This document shows, piece by piece, positions 1 to 10,740 of a stretch of DNA of 64,000 bases. The position numbers were made by a program, and so were the translations under genes. This DNA comes from Octopus sinensis (Eukaryota). How positions within the stretch are numbered: the first letter of the stretch is position 1; each line of letters opens with the position of its first letter. The stretch spans positions 94,736,001 through 94,800,000 of the forward strand of contig NC_042997.1 of NCBI RefSeq assembly GCF_006345805.1, written 5' to 3'. Below the pieces are notes generated by a model, which was not told the DNA's origin, did not search any database, and saw nothing but the letters and a program-made list of their open reading frames with translations.

Positions 1-1035
1 GTGACTTAGTGCTTTATCTAATTGCATAAACAGAATTCAAGTTATTATATGGTTTATATGACTAATTGCAATTACATTTTTAATAATATTCAAACACATT
101 TATTTATTTACTCAAATATGTAAGGAGCATAATTTTATGTTTTACTGCGTATTATGCTTTGGGGAATAGGTAATCTCATGCTGTTAAATGAATGAAGCAT
201 GTAACATATTTCGGGGAAAATAATGTCTTTTAGTGCTATTGAATCAATTATCGTTTATTTCCATTATAATTATTTAGTTGTTTTGTGAATACCTTTGTGT
301 TAAACAATAAACGCAGTAACTGAAAACTAAATTATCTAGATAGTTTTAGAATTACTATTAATTACTAATCTTCAATAGATTCTAATAAAGCAAAACGTAT
401 ATTAAAACTTACTATTGGAATATAGTTTTTATTATTGTAAAGGGAAATTATATAAACTGAATTAAATTTCATGCTAAGTTTTCTGATAATTTTTATAATA
501 AAACGGCATTGTTTTGGCTGAAGTTTTATATTATGCAGTTCAATTTAATATGCAAACGACTACATATAAATACAACAGCCACATAGAGACACAGCAAGAA
601 TATATTTACATATAAGACGAAAATGTTTGTCCTTGTTTACGTACAGCTGCTTGGGAATACAGCCAGTGTATTTTATCTGTAAGTGGGTGGAGTAAAATAT
701 TTTCATTGATTAGAAAAAAATTGACATAAAATAAAGATAAAAAGACTAAATTCAAATATTCCAATTAATAGATTAATTAATAACATTGAAGCAATGCTTC
801 ATATTATTGGGTGTAACAGAAAAAAACGCTTAATTACTTGAAATATGCATGTTTTTTTTCTTTATTCAATTTAATTAGTGGAAGGATTAATGATGGGTTC
901 TATTCTATACTGAGTTACATCTTGTTTCCTGGCCACCGTTTTATTATTCGCGTAAATGTACAGGTCTACGCATACATCAATTTATATGAGTTATATATTT
1001 ACGCATACACTTATACACACTCGCAAAATTAGATA

Positions 1036-2110
1036 CAGTATCTCACAGAAGTATGTATACCCCTAAAATATTTCAGTAAAATTGCCATTATTCTGATAAT
1101 ATCGAAGGAAATCAAACGAAATCTATACTGAATAAAATACATGCAATCATTATACAAATTTGGAATACAAAACAATAAACATTTTCAAAGACATGAACGA
1201 AATATTTATTTTGAAACGATACAAAAATATGTACACCCTAAAGGATTATTAGCTATATTCAATATTTGGTGTGATCGCGCTTGCTTTCAATGCCTGCATT
1301 AAGTCTTCTTGGCATAGTCGACTAAATTTCCGCATATAACCGCTGAAATCGACCTCCATTCATCCTGAATGATGTCTTTCAACTGTGTTACATTGCGGCG
1401 TGTTTTCTCCTCAACCATTTCAAAACACCCCACAGATGTTCTATTGGGTTTAAATCAGGTTGCATAGTAGGCCAAAGCAATACCTTTAACTTTTTATCAG
1501 ATTAAAACTTAGTTGTCATCTTTGAAGTATATTTAGGGTCATTATCATGTTGGAACTTGATGCTTTTCAACATTGTTTTCTGCAATATATCTTGAATCAT
1601 TAAGCCTTTATTGTTTACTCAATAAATGTGAATCCTCCCACACCAGCCGCACTCATGCGTCCCCAAAGCTTAACACTTCCGCCGCTGTATTTCACGGTAG
1701 GCACGGAACATTTGTCTCTGTTATCTTCACCTGGTCGTCGCCATACGCGTTTAATACCATCAGACCCAAACAAGTTAAGTTTCGTCTCGTCAGAACAAAG
1801 AATTCTATTCCAAAACACCTTCCCCTTACTCAAAAGAAAGACGACTAGATTTATGTCTGGTACTGAGGAGAGACTTCCTACGAGGAATGCGTCCATGAAG
1901 ACCACACTGAGTCAAACTTCGACGAGCTGTTTGGATGGATACACTCTTTCTAGTAACAGAAGACACTTCTTGGGCCACAGACGAAGCGGTACGACGCCTG
2001 TTGTGCATCCCACCACGTTAGAATTAGTGAATATCACGCGCAGTTAAAATAGAATGACGACCTGGACGATGTTTATTGCTTAGGTGTACGATAACTTTGT
2101 GCTTCTGAGT
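1036..2110 (-). mobile_element. Degenerate Tc1-family (DD34E) DNA transposon, 5'-truncated
   Basis: TA at 1034-1035 is followed by the Tc1-type terminus CAGTATCTCACAGAAGTATGTATACCCC, with an inner direct repeat (CAAAAATATGTACACCC, ~1222) as in IR/DR elements. The minus strand carries transposase motifs across frameshifts and stops: HRPGR..LTARD, NRRRTA..GLHGRIPRRK, WNRILCSDETKLNLFGSDG..VWRRPGE..PTVKYSGGSVKLWG, FQHDNDPKYTS and WP..PDLNPIEHLW. The other terminus is not seen. Confidence 0.92.
1262..2110 (-). pseudogene. Tc1 transposase pseudogene (HTH + DDE remnants)
   Basis: ORFs 1826-2008 and 1615-1905 plus the frameshifted C-terminus contain the D (SDE), D (HDND) and E (NPIE) catalytic motifs. 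There are several stops and frameshifts. Confidence 0.9.
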
Positions 2111-2173
2111 ACCTAAATCTCCACGAGGCTCCGGCAGGGGGTGATGGCGAATCCTGCTGTATTCTTTCACGGC

Positions 2174-2965
2174 GCACACGGCGGAAACTTAAACGGACCA
2201 CGCCCCTGTTTTAATTTTTTTTTAACGGAACACCACGTTTTCGGCTATGGAGATTCCGATTCTGAAAAAAAAAACCAAAAAACATTTCAATAATCACAAC
2301 TTCAAAATTTCTTCATTTTTCACTTTTTCCGGAAATTTTTTTCTTGCGAAATACGTAGACAAATGCTCTTTACTCTTTTACTCTTTTACTTGTTCCAGTC
2401 ATTTGACTGCGGCCATGCTGGAGCACCGCCTTTTGGAGATTATGATATGATCCTGAAAAAAAATTGTTTGTAAAATTTAAATTTTTCAAAAGAAAAAAAA
2501 TTACTTCAACTCCTCCCAATTCTACGGTCTTGGCCTTCAAGCAGGCTATCCACATGCTAGAAATAACAGCGAAATCTCACAAAAATGCGATAACGTAATG
2601 AAAGAAATATGTGTGATTTGGCTGTTATTTCTAACATGTGGATTGCCTGCATGAAGGCCAAGGCCGTAGAATTGGGAGGGGAGAGGTTCTTTTTTTTTTT
2701 TTTTGTAAAATTTCAATTTTACAAACAATTTGTTTTCTGAATCATAATCTACGTATTTCGCGAAAAAAATAAAAAAAAAATGAAAAAAAAATTCGGGAAA
2801 AAGTGAAAAGGATGAAGAAAGGGGTAGGGGGTTGGTATTAAACTTTTGAAGTTGCAACTTTTAAAAATTTTTTTCAGAATCGGAATCTCCATTGCCGAAA
2901 ACGTGCGATTCTATATATATAAAAAAAAAGAAATTTTAATCGGGGAAGGGGTCTCCGCCATGTGC
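2174..2965. mobile_element. Fold-back / palindromic non-autonomous element (long imperfect inverted arms, centre ~2590)
   Basis: Arms pair at several places: CACGTTTTCGGCTATGGAGATTCCGATTCTGAAAA (~2234) with TTTTCAGAATCGGAATCTCCATTGCCGAAAACGTG (~2870-2903); GCGAAATACGTAG with CTACGTATTTCGC; and CTCCCAATTCTACGGTCTTGGCCTTCAAGCAGG with CCTGCATGAAGGCCAAGGCCGTAGAATTGGGAG. There is no coding capacity. Confidence 0.85.
2366..2446 (-). mobile_element. 3' tail fragment of tRNA-derived SINE family B, inserted in the left fold-back arm
   Basis: TTTACTCTTTTACTTGTTCCAGTCATTTGACTGCGGCCATGCTGGAGCACCGCC is the reverse complement of the tails at ~9810-9860 and ~10680-10735. It is absent from the right arm. 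Confidence 0.85.
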
Positions 2966-2995
2966 TCCCGTCTGGAATATATAAACATATATATA

Positions 2996-3040
<45 letters not shown>

Positions 3041-3679
3041 CGTGTTTAGCGTGTGCGGATGCGTGCACACGTATATGTATGAATTTGCATAGATATACAC
3101 TCTTATAAAATGACAGACACCCGTACATAATCACATAATATCTCAGAAAAAGAGAGCTACGCACATGTTAAGGTCTGTTTGAGCAAGAATTTATTGTGGA
3201 AATTGGCCGATTAGATGACACGCAGAGACAGTAGTTTTTATCTCTGCGAATGTGAATTACGGATAATTACGGACTAACGTAGCATTAAAATATAGTGAAA
3301 TGTTACAAGGTAAATTCAATCCAATAAAACTATTAGTTTTGCTGCCTAATTTTAAGCAAATTTGTATTTAATGACCAGCACGAAGTTCTCCAAAACATAC
3401 GTATATAGATGCACACATACATACATACATCCACAACGAAATGGCATTATTTAACACTTCAAGTAAAAGTGGATAATAAATATCTAAAATTTAACGAAAA
3501 GAAAACAGAAATCATTTTTTTTTCTCGCTCTCAGGAATATCTTCAACCTCATACTTAAAAATTATATAAAATGTTTACTATATAATACATCGTAATTGCG
3601 ACGTTTCTTGTCTGGGATCAAACCAGTGGAGACAGAGGAGTACTTTTCATCACGAACAAGTGAATTCTGGAAAATGAGT

Positions 3680-3812
3680 CTATTAGATAGATGGAAGAGC
3701 AGGTAGATGGAAGAGCATTGTAAAAAAATGAAGGAGAGAATATCTGAGATTAAAAAAAGAACTTTATCTTAATTTTGACAAAATAAAAGAAGTAAAAATA
3801 AACTGCATTAAT
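3680..3812 (+). mobile_element. Mariner-derived 3'-end fragment (MITE-like)
   Basis: GATAGATGGAAGAGCATTGTAAAAAAATGAAGGAG..TTAAAAAAAGAAC..AAAATAAAAGAAGTA is shared with 45190-45329. It resembles the mariner C-terminal 'RW..IVENEG' coding end plus subterminal sequence. Confidence 0.6.
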
Positions 3813-3889
3813 TATGTGTGTGCGTATGTATGTGTGTGTGTTTGCGCGTGTGAGCGTGTGTATGTGCATATATATAAATAAATAAATAA

Positions 3890-3945
<56 letters not shown>

Positions 3946-3959
3946 GCATACCTGTACAT

Positions 3960-4250
3960 ACTTATATATGCATATATATTTGCTTATATGGGTAGAGCAC
4001 TTCGCAAAACGTAAACACCAAATACGAAAACAACATGAAACACGAAGGCAAACTTGGGTATGCGAACATCGAGAGAAACAAATAGAAAACAAGCCAAGTA
4101 ACATATAGAACGACCCTTCATCAGTTGTCGGCTGTTCATCTACTCCACATTTCGAGCAATTAAGAGCTATATGAGGCTTGGGAAAACAGTTGGTAACAAA
4201 ACAGGACAGTGAAAACGAACATGAAGGCCCTTTAGCCCGCACGCACGGGA
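3960..4250 (+). repeat. Single-arm copy of the family forming the 25461-26305 inverted repeat
   Basis: It shares GACCCTTCATCAGTTGTCGGCTGTTCATCTACTCCACATTTCGA and AACAACATGAAA with 25500-25610. It abuts a TA microsatellite. Confidence 0.7.
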
Positions 4251-5954
4251 GAGAAATGTTTTTTTTTTGTAGGAAAGGAATGAAAGGATGATTAGCTTGT
4301 GCAATGAGTCAAGGAGACGCAATATGCGCTTTCGATGATCTGCGATAGAGCGCAATACTAGCTTACTAATAATAATGCAAACGATACTTTAGCATTTGGA
4401 ATATCGTGGCTTTTGTAAGGCAAACATTTGAATATACTAGGCATAGTTTGTTTTAGTTTACTAACACAAGTTCGCTAGAGTACTACAAGTTGCTATATAA
4501 ATTGTTCTGATCTTTGATAACTTTAATATAATGCTGCTGATATAATCTACTTGTTCTAAAGGAATACAAGAAGTTTTTATTGGCTGTCCTATAATATATA
4601 ATAAATCTTACTATAATAGCCTGCATTTATTTCCTTCCGTTCAAATAATATTCTATGTGTAAGCTATTTAAAATTTAGAATATATATACGTATATTTTTA
4701 AATGGCTTCTCTTTTAACGTACGAACACAAAATTACTGGAGCGATATAAAAACAATTACACATTAGATTACATAAGACCCAACGAAACTCTTTAGCCGTC
4801 ATCTGTTAGCAAATATCAAAAGAAATTGATTTTGCACATTACAGTGCTATATGTACCGTGATGAAGAAACTATAAATAATAAACTGATTTGTTGAGAACA
4901 TTTTTAATGTATAAATGAAAAACATTTACTTTCTGTTTGTAGTTTGTGTGAAATACGTAAATTAGCAACAAAGTTATCGATGAGGAAGTCCACATGATTC
5001 CACTGATAGGCACCTACATGCAGAGATACTATATATAACCAAATTTTAGAACTATATATATTTTACGCTCCGATCATCAATAATAATTTTGTATTAATGT
5101 ATAACACTTTGACTTCAAATACTTATATTCCCTTATGTGAAAGTGACTGTCAACGTAAGCAAGAATAATGCCGATATTTTATGCTTCGGAAAATTCATTT
5201 GCACTTAGTAAATGTTCGGGTTACTGTTATTCTAATATAATGCACTATTACCGCCGGAGTTAATATGATATATAGTAATTTCAGATTATCGACCAAGAAT
5301 ACCTGCTATTCTGAATATTAAATCTACGATCACTTTTCCCAAAAGTTTTGGTAATTTTAAATGAAGAATTACAATCGGATATTTCTAACTATGAGAAAAT
5401 TTCACTACCGTCAACTAAATTGAAATGAAAAACTACTGTTTGTTGACTTCACAAACCTTTATAAAGTAAACATTCAAAGGTAAGTTGTACATAAAGAGTC
5501 GATATAACTTATGCTAGTTTCTTGTATAGTGGTTAAGTATTGAACTTAGTCTAAGGCAAATTTAACCAACACTTTCGTAAGACGAGGTTAGTAACAGGAC
5601 TTTTGCCTAAAATACTGAAGTGTATTCTGAATAAGCAATAATTACCCATGTGGTTTACAAAATGATAATATTCAATTAAGTCGGTTATCATCAAGTATAT
5701 CTCATCCATAGAGATATAGATTATGTATTTCTTGGCAAATAATAGTTTTAAAATAAATCGCAATAAGTTTACGAGACTAATTCCTTTATAGTATTACTTA
5801 ATATGTTCTCGCTCGAAAGTCCCAGGTATTTATGACTGATTAGACACAAGAAAGATCGGCGTTCCAGGCACATCTGCGCTTTTGAATAGATTATGTTAAA
5901 TACAATATCGTCATAAAAAAGACATGTTTTCCTCCTTTGTCTTACGTTACATCT

Positions 5955-6573
5955 TCGAGAAATTTCGAACCTGGGTTCTCATTCCTAACAATAATAATAA
6001 TAATTATGCCTGGATTCGAACTTGGAATCTTGGAGATAGTAGCCCGCGCACTTAACCACTACACCGAATGCCCGTGAGCAATTATGGAGTGAATTTTAGG
6101 GCTTATAAATCTAATATTCTCCTATCCTTCCTTAAAACCGGTTACCATATGCTGTTCATATCTGCTCTTGGACTGATTAGGAGGTTGTTGTGTCCTAAAA
6201 TACGAGCTCCTTCTTTTAATATTTTCCAGTGGTGTTCTCTATCTATTATTTTAATCTCGGGGAGATATTGATAAATCGGGTATAGTTGATCATGTATGAA
6301 AAAATGGAGACCACCTCCACCTGAGGAATGAAAACAAAATAATATACAGAGAACACCACGGGAAAATACGAAAACTAAAAGAAGGAGCACATATGTTAGG
6401 ACACAACCTCCTAAGCAGACCGAGTGCAGGTATGAACTGCATATGGGGACCGGTATTAAGGAAGGATAAGAAAATATTAGATTTTTAAGCCCTAAAATTT
6501 ACTCCATAATAGTCCACGTGCATATGGCGTAGTGGTTAAGAGCGCGGGCTACTAACCCCGAGATTCCGAGTGA

Positions 6574-6605
<32 letters not shown>
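5955..6605. mobile_element. Penelope-like element relic: two inverted 3' ends (GIY-YIG C-terminus + tRNA-like 3' UTR + (AAT)n)
   Basis: The minus arm encodes IIDREHHWKILKEGARILGHNNLLISPRADMNSIW. The plus arm encodes KIIYREHHGKIRKLKEGAHMLGHNLLSRPSAGMNCIWGPVLRK. Both match the PLE GIY-YIG C-terminal pattern. Arms at ~5990-6245 and ~6345-6605 are reverse complements. Confidence 0.85.
6007..6073 (-). ncRNA. tRNA-like Pol III promoter unit embedded in the PLE 3' region (not a functional tRNA)
   Basis: The minus strand reads GGCATTCGGTGTAGTGGTTAAGTGCGCGGGCTACTATCTCCAAGATTCCAAGTTCGAATCCAGGCAT, with an A-box-like GGTGTAGTGG and B-box GTTCGAATCC. Homologues lie at ~6523-6578 (+) and ~9003-9058 (-). 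Confidence 0.65.
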
Positions 6606-6607
<2 letters not shown>

Positions 6608-6736
6608 CTGCTGTGTCTGGGGGAGTCATTTTCTTTTGTACCTTATAATATAACACACTCGCCGATAAAATTTCCACTTTTTGCTTAAATTTTTGCTAAA
6701 ATTTTTGCTAAAATTTTCGTTGCGTGTGGCAACCTT

Positions 6737-6772
6737 TTCAATAGTTTTGACTATAGAGTCAAAACTATTGAA
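6737..6772. repeat. Perfect 16-bp stem hairpin, preceded by a 12-bp tandem (TTTTTGCTAAAA-like) at ~6679-6716
   Basis: TTCAATAGTTTTGACT-ATAG-AGTCAAAACTATTGAA. Confidence 0.9.
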
Positions 6773-8819
6773 CAGGTCGGCATAATTACAGTCATAAATA
6801 TTTGGTCAACCAAGCAAAATATCAGAACATGATTTCCAAGCTGATGCACACCATCAAGCCAGAGAGTACATTTTGTGGTCAAAGTGAGTAGTCATTCTTC
6901 TACAATTGACGACTGTGATATAACCTTCAATGTAATGTCGGCCAAAAATTTGACATATAGCAGAAAAGAATGACAGAATGTTGAATGTTATTCATAAATC
7001 ATACATGAAAATATGTCTGAGACGTACATTACGTGTCACCAACGAATGATGCAGACAAATGACACTACACAATAAATCAGACTATTAAAACATTGCAGTT
7101 GAATATTTAGCCAAAATATTTGATTATTTTCCTTGAAACAAAATATTCTAACCGTTCATAAACCATAGATGTATTAGTAAGCATGCACTACATATATTTT
7201 AAATTGATGATGGAGAAATTTTATGCATAGAATAAATTAATATAAGAAAATGCGAATATGCAAATGCTAATATTTCAAATCGAACATATTTGCGAAGGAA
7301 ATTAAATACATAGAAACACAGCCATTATTTAATAACAGATTAATGGCCGCAGAAAATATTGCACATAGAAACATACATAAAAGTCAAAGCGCGCGCACAA
7401 TACATAACACGCACAATACATACACAATACATAATATATAATTTTGTTTGTTGAGTGTTCTATTTCTCAGACGCTGGAACTATAAGGACGTAAATAACTT
7501 CTGAAATGCCAGGAGATAAGTAAAGTACATGGTGTTTTTTAAAAAATGTGATCTCATCTGGTATGTAAATTCTGAATAACTACAACATAGTCGAGGAGAA
7601 CGAAAGTAAGCAGACTTAATGTTGAGCAAAATAAGATGTCTTCATCAAAAGAAAAAGAAACAACATAATATTGAACATAGATTTTTGAGTTATTTCTACA
7701 TATGCTGCTGAAATGTGAGATAATTTGAACTGGAACTGGTCAAGTTACTACATTACAAAATGATATTAATTTTTCTGAAACATTCAGTATTGTTAAAGAC
7801 AAGTAAGTTAGCCTCATAGATATGTACATGGGAAACGGCCAATTTTAAACGGGAAATAGTAATGCGAGTGACACAGTGAAAATAATTAAGGAATTTCAGT
7901 GGAGATATAAAGAATAGAAAAATTGCAAAAAAAAAAAGGAAATGAAAAATGATTAGAAGTTAGAGGACGTTTGAAAGGAAGATACTTGAAATATATAGCA
8001 ACAAGGTCGACAGAACACCTGTATTCTAGAACGGGTACTCGACAGCATATAAACAAATTCAACCACTAGCGCGCGCGTGGCCCTGTGTAATGCTTCGATA
8101 AATAAAAATGCATAAACACATATGGGATTATTTCCCTCACAGGAGAATGCAATTGGATGGAAGAATCGGTGAAGAGGGCATAAATATGTGACGAAAGATT
8201 TGCAGGCAATGGACATATGAGAAAATAAGAAATGTAATAAAAGAGTGAAGAACGAATATATAGCGCAAGTGTTTGACAGGAAAAAATAATTAGCATGCAA
8301 TACATAACAATACACACACACACACATATGTATTATGTATATGTAGCTAGAGCAGAATGCATCAATCCAGAGTGGAACCATGAGCTTCGGAGCCAGATTT
8401 TTTACAGCACATCCACTTAGTCCAATAAAATTTAAATCTTTAACTCCTGTACACATAGAGAATATTAGAACTCAATACTTATTTCTGTTCACGTAATTGT
8501 AACTCTTGCTATGAAAAAACACACTTTTAATAAGTAACAAGATTTGGATTGAAATGATGACAGACTGCATCATCATGGAGATGTTTAGCGACAGGACAAG
8601 AAATGGTAGAGGAAGGACAGGATATTGGCATCAGGCGAAACATAACAAAATAGGCAGACAGGAAAAAAAGTGTTATCAGACGTCTGTGAAATAGATGTCT
8701 GGTTATATTCCGACTAATAGCTTCATCTAAGAATTTGTTTTCCTTTGATGTTCGTACAGTATACATTATCATAAAACCGGCTATATGTTAATACAGTTCT
8801 ATATTTAAGAGATAAAGAA

Positions 8820-9630
8820 TTATGTACATTATTTACATTATTTCTATTTCATGAATATTTTTCGTCATCGTGTTTGATGTTAACACAACGTTTCGGATGA
8901 TATACCCTCCAGCCTTCATCAGGTGTCTTGGGGAAATTTCGAACCTGGGTTCTCATTTCTAAGGTATTTTCGATGTTGGTATTTTTATTATTATTCAGGT
9001 CACAACTTCGAATCGAACTCGGAATGCTGGAGTTAGTTGCCCGTGCTCTTAACCGTGAGCGATTATGGAGTGAATTTTAGGGCTTTATAAATCTAATATT
9101 TTCCTAGCATTCCTTAATACCGGTTCCCATATAATACACATATTTGCTGTCGGTCTGCTTAGGAGGTTGTTGTGTCCTAGCAAATGCTCTCCTTCTTTTA
9201 GTTTCTCAAAGTATTCCATGTATATATTGGCTATTATCGGTGATAATGGAGAATCCATAGCTAAACCCGCTTCTTGTCGATATATATCAATGTCCATACT
9301 GAAGTATGTAGTTTGTACACAGAAGGTCAACATTTCTGTTAAGTTTCCTATTGGTATACTAGTGTGTTCTTTTAGCTGGGTGTCTGTCACTAGTATTTCT
9401 TGAATCACCGACAGTGCTTCACTAGTTGGGACTTTGGTGAACACACTTATCATATCTAGACTTACTACAGTAAACTACCACACATGTACGGTCTACCTAA
9501 TATTCACAAGGATGGTTTTCCATTAAGACCTATAGTGAGCTGTAGAGGTTCAGCATATCATCCACTGAGCCGCTTCCTTGTGGAAATAATCAGTTCATTA
9601 GAAGGAAAGTCAACATCGTACGTGAAAAAA
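8820..9630 (-). mobile_element. Internally deleted Penelope-like element with an inverted 5' RT segment
   Basis: Minus ORF 9085-9453 carries the PLE RT motifs (VSLD)MISVFTKVP..TFCVQTTYF..YRQEAGLAMDSPLSPIIANIYMEYFE, fused directly to the GIY-YIG end KLKEGEHLLGHNNLLSRP..IWEPVL. The tRNA-like unit and hammerhead follow. Plus-strand 9484-9630 encodes the upstream RT motif YGLPNIHKDGFPLRPIVSCRGS. Confidence 0.93.
8882..8927 (-). ncRNA. Minimal type I hammerhead ribozyme motif (family 1)
   Basis: GACAC-CTGATGA-A-GGCTG-gagggtatat-CATCC-GAAAC-GTT-GTGTT. The core is intact, stem I has 5 bp, stem II has one mismatch, and helix III is the palindrome AACGTT. Confidence 0.75.
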
Positions 9631-9664
9631 TACACACACACACACACACACAAATATATATATG

Positions 9665-9865
9665 TATATGTTTGTGTGTCTGTGTTTGGCTCCCCCACCA
9701 TCACTTGACAACAGATGGTGGTGGTTTACGTCCTTATAAGTTAGCGGTTCGGAAAAGACACCGATAGAATAAATACTAGGCTTACAGAGTCGATTTGTTC
9801 GACTAAAGGCGGTGCTCCAGCATAGCCGCAGTTAAATAACTGAAACAAATAAAAGAAAAAAAGAA
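9665..9865 (+). mobile_element. tRNA-derived SINE family B, 3' half
   Basis: After a (TG)n tract: CACTTGACAACAGATGG..TTAGCGGTTCGGAAAAGACACCGATAGAATAAATACTAGGCTTACA..GGCGGTGCTCCAGCATAGCCGCAG..AAAAGAAAAAAAG. It is homologous to 10520-10740. Confidence 0.85.
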
Positions 9866-10467
9866 TGTAAAATGTATAACAAGTAAAAAATGTATATGTT
9901 AAATTGTCTGAAATAGGAATCAGTGTATCACACGCAAAGCCAATACTTCATGTAAATCATAGTTAATTGCGTTATTCTTCCTGATATCTTACCATTTATA
10001 GACATAAGCTGTTAAATAAAGAATGATATTCTCCGGTATGAATGGATAATTGCAAGTTACGACACTATATCAGGACGAATACTACAGAAATTTAGGATTT
10101 TCAGGAGGTGTGTGTTTTCAGTATGAAATGCAAATTGCTATTTTAAACTAATACTGCTTCTATTGCTCATAACGAAGACACATACAAATACACACACACA
10201 GATACACACAAACACACAGTGTGTATGTGTTCATATGTGTACAGAAGTGAAGTCGTGTTCCATAGTCAAATTTGTTTCCGTAGTTATATTAGAAGTAGGA
10301 TAACAGCTATTCATATTTAAATAAAGAAAGTATTCTTTATTGTCTTGTGACTAACAATTCTATTCGATAAATGATTCCGTTCTGAAACTTGAGTGCCAAA
10401 AATATTGTATTTCTCTAACTTTTTACATAGATTAACTATTGAAAAGTACATGCATACATACATACAT

Positions 10468-10498
<31 letters not shown>

Positions 10499-10519
10499 TA
10501 CATACATACATATATGTGT

Positions 10520-10740
10520 GTGTGTTTGTGTGTCTGTGTTTGTTCCCCCCCAACATCGATTGACAACCGATGTCGGTGTGTTTATGTCCCCGTAGCATAG
10601 CGGATTGGCAAAAGAGGCCGGTAGAATACGTACTAGGCTTACAAAGTATAACTCCTGGTGTAGATTTATTGCACTAAAGCCGGTGCTCCAGCATGGTCCC
10701 AGTCAAATGACTGAAATAAGTAAAAGAATAAAAGAATACA
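10520..10740 (+). mobile_element. tRNA-derived SINE family B, 3' half
   Basis: Same sequence as 9665-9865, ending GCGGTGCTCCAGCATGG..AGTCAAATGACTGAAATAAGTAAAAGAATAAAAGAAT. Confidence 0.85.

Noticed and set aside
1573-2047. Plus-strand ORFs of 91 and 139 aa
   Set aside because: They are antisense shadows of the Tc1 transposase relic.
6007-6073. Functional tRNA gene
   Set aside because: The acceptor stem does not pair and the unit is embedded in a repeated PLE 3' region. I treat it as tRNA-derived only.
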